Positions 50,772 to 60,052 of a stretch of DNA of 64,000 bases are shown in pieces. Source of the stretch: Terriglobia bacterium (GTDB lineage Bacteria > Acidobacteriota > Terriglobia > 2-12-FULL-54-10); assembly GCA_965222345.1 (NCBI GenBank), contig CBDCTS010000007.1, forward strand, positions 43,853-107,852, given 5' to 3'. The number at the start of each line of letters is the position of its first letter. Within the stretch, counting starts at the first letter, position 1. Under the pieces are notes generated by a model. The model was not told where the DNA came from, made no database searches, and saw nothing but the letters and a program-made list of their open reading frames with translations. A program made the position numbers and the translations under genes.

Positions 50772-50907
50772 GTTTCAAGCATCTGTACCGGTATGTAAAA
50801 GAGTTTGCGGGGCGGCAGAATATCCGCGAGTTTGGCACTTTGGATCAAATGGGATTGCTTGCTCAGGGTATAGTCGGCAAGCGGCTTCGTTACAAGGATT
50901 TGACGGC

Positions 50908-52284
50908 GTGAAACCCAACTGGAAAAATCAGACTATATGGACAGGCGACAACCTGCCAATCATGCGCGGTATGAACTCCGAGTCCGTTGATCTTATCTAT
51001 CTTGATCCGCCGTTCAATTCCAAAACCGACTATGCAGCCCCAATCGGCAGCAAGGCAGCAGGGGCCGCTTTCAAAGACACTTGGAAGCTTTCCGATGTAG
51101 ATGTGGAGTGGGTGAATCTAATCGAGGAAAAGCATCCGGCTTTGCACCGCGTATTGCTGGCCGCAATGACAAATAGCGACAAGTCCTATTTGGTGTACAT
51201 GGCTGCGCGGTTATTGGAAATGCGCCGAATTCTGAAGCCGACCGGCTCAATCTACCTGCATTGCGATCCCACTATGTCGCACTACCTGAAACTGGTAATG
51301 GATGCGGTATTCGGCACGTCGAGCTATGCGAATGAGATTGTTTGGCGGCGGACGCCCGCCAAGGCTTTGATGACTAAGCGGCTTCCGACAAATCACGATT
51401 TGATCTTGTCGTATCAGCGCACCGATCAGGCGATATGGAATTCCGATGCGGCTTTTGTCCCTTACGACCCTGTCAACTTGGACGAAAAGACTGCTTCCAA
51501 GTACCGCTACAAGGACCCTGACGGTCGCATTTACAGGCTCGACAACCTCATCAATCCGAACAAGGATCGTCCCAATCTGACTTATGAGTTCTTGGGTGTC
51601 ACGCGCGTTTGGCGATGGACGCGGGATAGGATGCAAGCGGCCCATGCTGCGGGCTTGGTGGTGCAAAGAAGGCCGGGTAGCGTCCCCCAGCTTAAGCGGT
51701 ATCTCGACGACCAGCGAGGCAGGCCGATGGGCGATGTTTGGAACGACATTTCTCCGATCAATTCACGTGCGCAGGAACGCATAGGCTATCCGACGCAAAA
51801 GCCCGTCGCCTTGCTCGACCGAATCATCCGCGCCAGTTCTAACGAAGGCGATATTGTACTAGACCCATTTTGCGGTTGCGCAACAACCTTAGCGGCGGCA
51901 GACCGCTTAAAACGCTCCTGGTTGGGAATTGACATATCGCCAAAGGCGGCGGAACTTGTTGTCCGGCGCATTACAGCGCAGCAAGGATTATGGCGCAATA
52001 TCATTCACCGAACGGATATCCCCAAAAGAACCGATATCGGCAAGCTACCTCCGTATAACAGCCAATCAAACCGTCAAAAGCTTTATGGAATCCAAGAGGG
52101 AAATTGTGCCGGATGCAATACGCATTTTGAAACCCGTCACCTGGAAGTGGATCACATCATTTCCCGCAGCAACGGGGGCACGGATCACATTGAAAATCTG
52201 CAACTGTTGTGCGGCAACTGCAACCGGGTCAAAGGCGACCGAGGCATGGAATATCTGAAAGCGAAGTTGCAGATTGGGGGCTAG
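50908..52284 (+). CDS. Beta-class N6A/N4C DNA methyltransferase fused to a C-terminal HNH endonuclease domain
   Basis: Motif IV DLIYLDPPFNS, then ~290 aa (TRD-like) and motif I VLDPFCGCATT, the beta-class order. C-terminal HNH: CAGCN…EVDHIISRSNGGTDHIENLQLLCGNCNRVKG. GTG start at 50908 with AAGGA 9 nt upstream. An alternative ATG at 50737 would add 57 aa. Confidence 0.75.
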   Translation: MKPNWKNQTIWTGDNLPIMRGMNSESVDLIYLDPPFNSKTDYAAPIGSKAAGAAFKDTWKLSDVDVEWVNLIEEKHPALHRVLLAAMTNSDKSYLVYMAARLLEMRRILKPTGSIYLHCDPTMSHYLKLVMDAVFGTSSYANEIVWRRTPAKALMTKRLPTNHDLILSYQRTDQAIWNSDAAFVPYDPVNLDEKTASKYRYKDPDGRIYRLDNLINPNKDRPNLTYEFLGVTRVWRWTRDRMQAAHAAGLVVQRRPGSVPQLKRYLDDQRGRPMGDVWNDISPINSRAQERIGYPTQKPVALLDRIIRASSNEGDIVLDPFCGCATTLAAADRLKRSWLGIDISPKAAELVVRRITAQQGLWRNIIHRTDIPKRTDIGKLPPYNSQSNRQKLYGIQEGNCAGCNTHFETRHLEVDHIISRSNGGTDHIENLQLLCGNCNRVKGDRGMEYLKAKLQIGG

Positions 52285-52460
52285 TGAGTGGTCAAAGAAT
52301 ACACCGGAGCTTGGCTAGTTTGGTATGTAATGCCCTTTTTAATACAGCCCCGAGTTCCTCCAATCTTCCAATTTGAACAAAAGGGGAAATCAATTCCCTT
52401 CTACAGGCCATTGCGGATAAAATTTACCGGCTCGGAGTTTGGAAAAAGGGGAGATGATCC

Positions 52461-53528
52461 ATGCGCAAGATAAACCGCCTGACAGCAGCCGTTCCCATCC
52501 TGTTGCTTTTGCTATTTGCCGTGATGATGGGAAGGAAGGTGTTGTCCGTTCCAGCCGGGCTGGACAATCCCCAGGAAACCCATCTCCGCAACCTACGTCA
52601 ACTTACCTTCGGGGGCGAAAACGCGGAAGCCTATTTTTCAGCTGATGACCGCCGGCTGATCTTTCAAACTCACCAGGGCGAGGGGAGCTGCGACCAGATA
52701 TACGTAATGGATCGCGAGGGCGGCAGCCCACGGATGGTGAGCACCGGCAAAGGGCGGACCACCTGCGCCTATTTCTTTCCCGACGGGCAACGCATTCTCT
52801 ATGCTTCGACCCACTTGGGCAGCGCAGCCTGCCCTCCCCCGCCGGATTACTCTCGCGGTTACGTCTGGCCTCTGGAGAAATCCTATGACATCTTCACGGC
52901 TAAGCCGGACGGCAGCGGCCTGCAACGTCTGACCGCCACGCCGGGCTACGATGCCGAGGCCACCATCTCCCGCGACGGCAAGAAGATCGTTTTCACTTCC
53001 GTGCGCAACGGGGACCTCGATATTTACAGCATGGACGCTGACGGCAAGAGCATAAAAAGGCTGACCCACGAAACGGGCTATGATGGGGGAGCCTTCTATT
53101 CAGCAGACGGTGCCCAGATTGTCTACCGTGCACATCATCCTACCGACCCCAAGGAACTGGAAGATTACCAAGCCTTGTTACAGGAAGGATTGATCCGCCC
53201 CAACCAACTGGAACTGTTCGTCATGGATGCAGATGGCGGCAACAAACGTCAAGTGACCCGCAACGGCGCCGCCAATTTCGGACCCTTTTTCCATCCCGAC
53301 GGGAAACGAATCATCTTCAGCAGCAACCTGGCCGACCCCCGTGGGCGAAATTTCGACCTCTACCTCATCAACGTGGACGGTTCGGGGCTGGAGCGGATCA
53401 CTTACGACGATAGCTTTGACGGCTTTCCCATGTTCACCTCAGACGGCAAACAACTGGTTTTCGCTTCCAACCGTAACGCCCAAAAGCAGGGCGACACAAA
53501 CATCTTTCTGGCCGATTGGGTCGACTGA
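52461..53528 (+). CDS. Periplasmic TolB-like beta-propeller protein (PD40/WD40-like repeats)
   Basis: Signal peptide; repeated …F(S/T)(A/S)DG(K/Q)x(I/L)(V/I)F… PD40 units. RBS GGGGAG upstream. Confidence 0.7.
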   Translation: MRKINRLTAAVPILLLLLFAVMMGRKVLSVPAGLDNPQETHLRNLRQLTFGGENAEAYFSADDRRLIFQTHQGEGSCDQIYVMDREGGSPRMVSTGKGRTTCAYFFPDGQRILYASTHLGSAACPPPPDYSRGYVWPLEKSYDIFTAKPDGSGLQRLTATPGYDAEATISRDGKKIVFTSVRNGDLDIYSMDADGKSIKRLTHETGYDGGAFYSADGAQIVYRAHHPTDPKELEDYQALLQEGLIRPNQLELFVMDADGGNKRQVTRNGAANFGPFFHPDGKRIIFSSNLADPRGRNFDLYLINVDGSGLERITYDDSFDGFPMFTSDGKQLVFASNRNAQKQGDTNIFLADWVD

Positions 53529-53752
53529 ACCTGCCGGAAACGACGCCGGCAGCAGGCCGGAATGTTTTTCGCAGCGCAAGACATCCCGCCTGGGCTCAAT
53601 CGGCTCAATTCTTTTTGCAGAATTGCCAGCCCCTCTGTACACAACGAGTCATGCTGGAGTGTGGTTTCCTCCTGTAACCCGGCAGAGCAAAATGCTATCC
53701 TTAGAAAATCATAATCAGCTAATGCCTCTAGCATTCAGAAAGTGGTTTCAAG

Positions 53753-55015
53753 ATGGAAGACCGACTCCGAATAGCCGTTTTTATCGATTTTGACAACATC
53801 GAGATCGGCGTAAAAGATACCCTGGGAAGAAACTTTGACGTCTCCGCCGTCCTGGAAGCGTTGAAAGAACGGGGCGAAATCCTGACGAAAATTGCCTACG
53901 CCGACTGGACCCGGCAGGGCTCGCTCAGCCGCAACATGACCCAGCACGCCGTGCAGATGGTGCAAAGACACCCGAGTCCCCGGGGCGACAAGAACGGCGC
54001 TGACATCAATCTGGCGCTCGACGCCCTGGAGATGGCGCTGACCAAGCCGCACATCGACGCCTTCGCCATCGTCTCCGGCGACAGCGACTTCATTTCCCTG
54101 GTGGAAAAACTGAAGCAATACAACAAAACCGTCTTCATCGTGGGTGGGCGAGCTTTCACCAGCACCATTTTGCAGAAAAACTGCCGGGAATTTATCAGTT
54201 ACGAGAGCCTTTTGGCGCCCGCTTCCTCCGGACGGGGCCGAGGGTCGCAGCGAGCTTCGAAATTGTCGCCTGCCCTTCCCCTCTCGAACGTCGCTCCTCT
54301 GGTTGTCAGGGCTCTGGAAGTGCTTGCCCGGCGGGAGGTGCAACCGCAGCTGGGACTGCTGAAAAGCACCATGCTCCAGCTCGATTCCTCCTTTACGGAA
54401 AGGGACTACGGCACCTCTTCGTTCCGCCAATTCGTGGATATGCTCCACAAAGCGCACATCGTCCAGGCCAAGAAGGTTGGCGGACAATTCATCGTTTCAG
54501 ACCCCCAGCAAGAGAAGGAAGAGGATGCCGAGCAACCCCTCCTCAAACGCGAGGACGCGCTTCCGGCGCTGTACAAGGCGCTGAAGGTCATTGACGAGAA
54601 CGACCTTTGGGGAAAGCTCGGCTTCGGGGACGTGAGGCAATACGTGGAGCGCCTGGAGCCCGACTTTGATGAAACGCGCTACGGCTTCGGTCAATTCGCC
54701 GAACTGCTGAACTATGCCCAGGACCTGGGGCTGATCCGGCTTGAACCGGATGACCTGTCCGTTTTGCGGGTCGCCCCCGGCACGCAGTTCACTCCCACGC
54801 GGGACACGATCCCGGAGGCTATCGAATCCCTCGCTCTCTCCGCCGAACCTGGTGCTGCAGATACGGTGGAAGCTTCCCCGGAAGCCGCCGTAGCACCCTC
54901 TCCCGAGCCAGCCGAGCCCGCCCCGCAAAAACCGAAGAGGCCCTACCGCAGGCGGAGCCGGAAGACTACCGGCAGAGCGCGCCAGCCGCGCAAGTCGCCT
55001 CCGGCGGAACAGTAA
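53753..55015 (+). CDS. NYN (LabA-like) nuclease-domain protein with OST-HTH/LOTUS domains and a basic Pro-rich C-terminal tail
   Basis: N-terminal …IAVFIDFDNI…YADW… …GADINLALDA…IVSGDSDF… NYN core. Central helical OST-HTH-like repeats. Tail …KPKRPYRRRSRKTTGRARQPRKSPP. Confidence 0.65.
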   Translation: MEDRLRIAVFIDFDNIEIGVKDTLGRNFDVSAVLEALKERGEILTKIAYADWTRQGSLSRNMTQHAVQMVQRHPSPRGDKNGADINLALDALEMALTKPHIDAFAIVSGDSDFISLVEKLKQYNKTVFIVGGRAFTSTILQKNCREFISYESLLAPASSGRGRGSQRASKLSPALPLSNVAPLVVRALEVLARREVQPQLGLLKSTMLQLDSSFTERDYGTSSFRQFVDMLHKAHIVQAKKVGGQFIVSDPQQEKEEDAEQPLLKREDALPALYKALKVIDENDLWGKLGFGDVRQYVERLEPDFDETRYGFGQFAELLNYAQDLGLIRLEPDDLSVLRVAPGTQFTPTRDTIPEAIESLALSAEPGAADTVEASPEAAVAPSPEPAEPAPQKPKRPYRRRSRKTTGRARQPRKSPPAEQ

Positions 55016-55158
55016 TGCGCCGTTTGACCTATTTCAAGCGATTACGTTAAGGTATTGTATCTATCGAGCGGCGGGAAGTTGCTTCGACCTGCCTAGCCGG
55101 AAATCCGGGATTCGGGAGTTTCTGCCCGGCATCAGGTGCGGCGCTCCGGTGACCCTGG

Positions 55159-56352
55159 GTGAGGAGAAAGCAAATGCGCAAAATCGGTTTTCAGTACAAA
55201 GAGGCCGTGGTTGTTTTGGCGTTGTATCTGATACTTGCCCCGCTCCTTTGGGGGCAAACCGGCCCAGACGGCTCTGCAGCAGCGGACTCGGAGATTCCTA
55301 CCGGTCCTGCCGTCGGCGAGATGATTCCATCCTTCCAAGCCCCGGATCAGTACGAAAAAATGCAAGACTTGAGCTCCATTCGCGGGCCCAAGGGAGCCAT
55401 GATTGTTTTTTTCCGGTCCGCGGATTGGTGACCATTCTGCAAATCGCAGCTCGTGGAGCTGGAACAGTACGCCGAAGATTTCCGGAAACAGGGAATTGGG
55501 GTCGTGGCAATCAGTTACGATCCGGTTTCTATCCTGAAGGATTTCACCGAACGGCACGGCATTTCCTTTCCCCTTCTGTCGGATCGCGGGTCCCAAATAA
55601 TCCAGCGGTTCGGGATATTGAACACCTCCACCCCACCCTACAGCTCCTCCGGCACTTTGGTATTCGGCATCCCGTATCCGGGAACTTACCTTGTGAATCG
55701 GGAAGGCGTTATCCAGTCCAAGTATTTCGAGACCAGACAAGCAGACCGCTATACTGCTCCTACCATTTTACTGCGAGAGTTTGGGTCCGATCTTGGCACG
55801 CGGGAAACCGTAGTGCAGACGGATCATCTGAGCTTGAAATACTATTCAAGCCGGGACGTGGTCCGGCCGGGTGCCCGGATCACCTTGGTGGCGGATGTGC
55901 AATTAGGGCCAAAACTGCACGTCTATGCGCCGACTGTCGAAAACTACATCCCGATCCAATTTGCGCTGGACGAAACGCCATACAGCGTGACGTTTCCGGC
56001 AGAGTACCCCGCCTCGGAAATGCTGTTCCTGCCCGCCATCAAGGAGACCGTTCCGGTTTATCATGGAACCTTCCGGGTGACTCAAGATGTCCGACTGAAG
56101 GGCCCAGGAGCCCTGAAATCAATCCTTGCCGGAAGCCGGGAGATCAAAATCAGCGGCCGGTTTCGCTACCAAGCCTGCGACGACAAAATATGCTATTTGC
56201 CCCAGACGCTTCCTTTGGAATGGGCTTTGAAAGTGGAGCCGCTCGAACGCCGGCGTGTCCCTGAATCTCTCCAACATCCCGCAGCGCCAGCGCCGTTCAG
56301 TGAAGAGATTTCCACCCCGGAATCTGCCACGGACGCCGGTGCCAGCCAGTAG
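55159..56352 (+). CDS. Candidate selenoprotein: secreted AhpC/TSA-redoxin (BCP/PrxQ-like) domain with a UxxC active site, fused to a DsbD-alpha-like domain; in-frame TGA at 55429..55431
   Basis: The ORFs 55159..55431 and 55453..56352 share one frame. The sequence reads …IVFFRSADW-U-PFCKSQLVELEQYAEDF…, so the UGA sits where redoxins have the first active-site Cys/Thr. A hairpin CAGCUC-GUG-GAGCUG lies ~16 nt downstream. The C-terminal …QACDDKICYLPQT… resembles the DsbD-alpha CxxxxxC region. Confidence 0.55.
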
Positions 56353-56504
56353 CTTCCAAAAAGAAATACGAATCTGGAAACTGCTCCGCGCCTCATCTAT
56401 AATTAGATTTCAGCATCAAAACCGGCTAGACCTTGAAGCGAATGGGACAGTCAGTATTAAAAACCCGGATAGCCAGGATAGAAAGATTGAGCTGGAGGTG
56501 AAAG

Positions 56505-57209
56505 ATGCGCATCTTGCTAACCACGGTTATAGCTTTGCTCCTGGCAGGCCAACTGAGCACGGCCTGGGGCGCCAGCAAACAAGAGGAGCGGCTTGCGAAA
56601 TCCGCAGAAGTGTTGCAGCAAATCATGGACACTCCGGACAAAGGGATCCCGGCTGATTTGCTGGTGCGCGCCGCTTGTATCGGCATCATTCCCAGCGTCA
56701 AGAAGTTTGCCCTCGGCTTCGGAGGCCGTCACGGCGCCGGATTCGTTCTGTGCCGCAAGAACCGGGGCACGGGAGCTTGGGGACCGCCCTCCGGTTTTTC
56801 CATATCGGGCGGCAGCTTCGGACTGCAACTGGGGTTTTCGGCCACAGACTACGTGCTGCTGTTTATGAATGTGGACGGCGTGGACAAGCTTCTGTCGGAT
56901 AAATTCATGCTCGGAGCCGACGCCGCCGTAGCTGCCGGCCCGGTAGGACGCACGGCGGAGGCCGCAACCGACGCGCAAATGACCGCCAAGATTCTCGGCT
57001 ACTCTCGCAGCAAGGGCCTGTTTGCCGGCCTGGCTCTGGAGGGCGCCGTGCTGAAACCCTCCGGCGGCGACAACAAGTCACTCTACGGCAGGGAGATCGA
57101 CCCCAGGGACTTGTTGCTCACGGGCAACGTGGCTGCTCCGCCGAGCGCCGGCACCTTGATCCAGATGCTTTCCCGCTACTCTGGAGAAAAAAGCAAAAAG
57201 GCGCTTTAA
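56505..57209 (+). CDS. SYLF (Ysc84/DUF500) lipid-binding domain protein, secreted
   Basis: Signal peptide; …ACIGIIPSVKKFALGFGGRHGAGFV… and …MLGADAAVAAGPVGR… SYLF signature repeats. Confidence 0.7.
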   Translation: MRILLTTVIALLLAGQLSTAWGASKQEERLAKSAEVLQQIMDTPDKGIPADLLVRAACIGIIPSVKKFALGFGGRHGAGFVLCRKNRGTGAWGPPSGFSISGGSFGLQLGFSATDYVLLFMNVDGVDKLLSDKFMLGADAAVAAGPVGRTAEAATDAQMTAKILGYSRSKGLFAGLALEGAVLKPSGGDNKSLYGREIDPRDLLLTGNVAAPPSAGTLIQMLSRYSGEKSKKAL

Positions 57210-57288
57210 AGAAAAGTCCTCTGTCACTGCCCGGCTCGAAAACAAGAGGGGGCGTCCTCTCTCAGGCGCGTCTTGCAGGAACCTGAGT

Positions 57289-58230
57289 TTGTCCCGCAGA
57301 GGTGACCTGCTGCCGTTGCCTTTGCCGATGCGCCACTCGATTGAATATATCGTTGCTTGGATCGTTCTGAAAGTTCTGGGCCTGCTGCCCCGCCCTGCCG
57401 CACGTCAGCTAGCCGTTCTTCCGGCCCGCCTGTTCTATTGGACCACGCCGCGCCTCCGCCGGACCGCCGAGACAAATCTGCAGATGGCGCTGCCGGAGTT
57501 GCCCGCCGCCGAGCGATCCGCTCTCTGCTGGGAAACGTACCGGAGCCTGGGTCGCCTGCTGGTGGAGTTTTCACAATTCCCGCGGCTGAACCCAGGGAAC
57601 GTCCACCACGTGGTCTCCTACGAAGGCCTCGACAATTACCAAGCCGCCCTCGCTCAAAAAAAGGGAGTTCTGTTCCTGACCGCTCATTTAGGTGCATGGG
57701 AACTGGGAGCCTTTGCGCATGGCCTGAACGGGTACCGGCTCCACATTGTCCACCGCCCGCTGGACAATCTCTTTCTCAACCGGTTGATCAACCGCTACCG
57801 GACGCTCTGCGGAAACCGGCTGATCGAAAAAAAAGACTTTGCCCGCGGCATCCTGACCGCCCTGGCCCATAACGAAACGGTGGGAATTCTGGCCGACCAG
57901 AACGCAGTCCTGGAGGAAGGAGTGTTTGTAAACTTCTTTGGGATTCCGGCTTGCACGACGGCCGGCATCGCCAAGATTGCGTTGCGCAGCGGAGCCGCCG
58001 TGGTTCCGGCTTTCTGCATCTATGATGCGGAGACCTCGCGGTTCCGTATCTGTTTTGATCCGCCCCTGCGGCTGGAAACCTCCGGAGACTCGCAAGCAGA
58101 CATCCGCGCGGCAACCCAGCAGATGGCTAGCGTCATCGAGCGTTTTGTGCGGCGGTACCCCGATCAGTGGCTGTGGATTCACCGGCGATGGAAAACCCGC
58201 CCCCCAGGCGAGCCTTCTCTTTATTCATGA
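57289..58230 (+). CDS. Lipid A biosynthesis acyltransferase (LpxL/HtrB family)
   Basis: …FLTAHLGAWELGA… HX4D-type acyltransferase motif. ~300 aa. Close to the lpxA/lpxD genes. Confidence 0.7.
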   Translation: MSRRGDLLPLPLPMRHSIEYIVAWIVLKVLGLLPRPAARQLAVLPARLFYWTTPRLRRTAETNLQMALPELPAAERSALCWETYRSLGRLLVEFSQFPRLNPGNVHHVVSYEGLDNYQAALAQKKGVLFLTAHLGAWELGAFAHGLNGYRLHIVHRPLDNLFLNRLINRYRTLCGNRLIEKKDFARGILTALAHNETVGILADQNAVLEEGVFVNFFGIPACTTAGIAKIALRSGAAVVPAFCIYDAETSRFRICFDPPLRLETSGDSQADIRAATQQMASVIERFVRRYPDQWLWIHRRWKTRPPGEPSLYS

Positions 58231-58495
58231 GGCCTGCGGCCCCTGTTCGCTTCTGGAAAGTTAATGCGAGATCACAACTCTCAGATTCTCCAGGAAAACC
58301 TTTTTTAGGGACTCATATACTTGAATCAACAAATCCGTTCTTTCTTCATGTAGAGCCTGCAAACCTCATCCGGCGCGATGCGGAACTTTGTGAAAGAGCG
58401 TTATCAGCGAAGCCTTAGGGGTGTAGTAGTTGATTTCCCAGCCTACCGAATCTGCGGTTTGGAGAGGTTGATGGGGGCAGAGGCCATTTTTTAGG

Positions 58496-58939
58496 TCATC
58501 CTGCGATTGGGCGGCGAGGCCGAGTTGGGGGTTGCCACGCCCAGAACTTCTGCTGCCCCCTTGCTCTAACAGGTTCCGCCAGAGCTGCCACTTTGCCGAG
58601 CTGCCACACCCAACGCCCAGGGCTATAATCACCATAATCATCCAAGGGCGGTCTTGTGCGCGGGGAAACCGGTGGACCTTTGATGTTGACAATCTTTTTG
58701 TTAGCTATCTGAAATGCGCGAATTATTACAGCGGTACAAATAACCGCCCCAGCCGGTAAATCTTTCGTTCCCTCGCCAAACCATTTGTAAACGAGTTCCC
58801 AATGCACCTGCTTTCCGGCGTGGATGGCGATTCTTTCTCCGATTAATTTTTCTGGCGGAGGCCAAGAGCGAGTCTCGAATTTCTTTCGCCCCTCTGCAAT
58901 CAACGATGCCCACGGCTGATGCAGGGTGATGGCTTTCAT
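58496..58939 (-). CDS. ASCH-domain protein
   Basis: MKAITLHQPWASLIAEGRKKFETR is the canonical ASCH N-terminal motif. Confidence 0.65.
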   Translation of the reverse strand: MKAITLHQPWASLIAEGRKKFETRSWPPPEKLIGERIAIHAGKQVHWELVYKWFGEGTKDLPAGAVICTAVIIRAFQIANKKIVNIKGPPVSPRTRPPLDDYGDYSPGRWVWQLGKVAALAEPVRARGQQKFWAWQPPTRPRRPIAG

Positions 58940-59033
58940 TTGATTCAGCCCCTTCCAGAATTGCCCGCTATGCCACGTATTTTATCCCCTGGCGGCGGAG
59001 TTCTAGTGGTGTCAAGTATATAATTCCCCTTTT

Positions 59034-59867
59034 TTACTCCGAAGAATCGTCCGAGTCGTCCTCATTGGATATTTCTCTGCGAGATTTTCTTCGCGGAGCC
59101 TCCCGGCAAATTCCCCGCTCGGAACTCCGGATGAACTGGACGAACTGACGAGCTTCTTCCGTGGGAACTTCCCGTTCAATCCGCTCCAGAGCCTGCTGCA
59201 AAGGCGCGCCAGAGCGGTAGAGGATCCGATAGGCTTGTTTCAACCCTCGAATTGCCTCCGGGCCGATTCCGGCCCGCTTCAGCCCCACGCGGTTGAGACC
59301 AATGGCGGTGACGTCGAACTCAGAGGCCAGCAAAAACGGCGGCACGTCGCGGGTGACTCGCGTGTTGCCGCTGATCATCGCCAACCTTCCGATGCGGGTA
59401 AACTGCTGCACCAGAACCCCGCCGGAGAGAAAGGCGCCGTCTTCGATTTGGACATAGCCCGCCAGCGAACAAAAGTTGCAAACAACGATGTTGTTTCCCA
59501 ACCGGCAGTTGTGAGCCGCGTGCGTCCCGATCATGATGTAGTTGTCGTCACCGATTACGGTTGTCGATTCCGGCGGCGTGCCCCGGCTGGCTGTAAAGTT
59601 CTCCCGCAAGATATTGCGGTTGCCGATCCGCAGGTAGGAACGTTCGCCCGTAAAGTTCTTGTCCTCCGGGTCGCTTCCCAACAGGACCCCCGCGTGCAAA
59701 TGATTGTTCTCTCCGATGGTCGTGTAGTTTTTGATGACTACGTGGGAATCCAGGCGCGTTCCCGCGCCGATCTCCACCTCATCCTCAATGATGCAGAATG
59801 GCCCTACATAGACGTCTTCCGCCAAGCGAGCCTGAGGACTGACAATTGCGCTGCTCGAAATTTCCAT
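59034..59867 (-). CDS. lpxA: Acyl-ACP--UDP-N-acetylglucosamine O-acyltransferase
   Basis: Hexapeptide repeats, then …FGVNxxGLKRxGxxxExIxxLxxAYxxxYRSG… Start assigned to MEISSS (the ORF track extends to 59993). Acidic C-terminal tail. Confidence 0.85.
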   Translation of the reverse strand: MEISSSAIVSPQARLAEDVYVGPFCIIEDEVEIGAGTRLDSHVVIKNYTTIGENNHLHAGVLLGSDPEDKNFTGERSYLRIGNRNILRENFTASRGTPPESTTVIGDDNYIMIGTHAAHNCRLGNNIVVCNFCSLAGYVQIEDGAFLSGGVLVQQFTRIGRLAMISGNTRVTRDVPPFLLASEFDVTAIGLNRVGLKRAGIGPEAIRGLKQAYRILYRSGAPLQQALERIEREVPTEEARQFVQFIRSSERGICREAPRRKSRREISNEDDSDDSSE

Positions 59868-60052
59868 AGTTGGCCGGAAGGTTCCGTGCCCCCGGCTGCA
59901 CTCTCTCGCGTTATACTCCGCCAAGAGACAGCACGAAGGTAGCATCGAGATTCTTGCGGTTCCCAAAACGGACCAGGAAACCATTGTATGCAAAAACTCG
60001 CGTGACGCCGAACATTTTGACTATCGAAAGGCTTACTCTAAGAGGCTCGCTA

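Noticed and set aside
50737-50907. Using the upstream ATG (50737) as the methyltransferase start, making it overlap orfX by 35 nt
   Set aside because: The extra 57 aa do not resemble MTase N-termini and are better explained as the out-of-frame IS1595-like remnant. GTG at 50908 has a well-spaced AAGGA ribosome-binding site. The ATG alternative is kept in the feature note.
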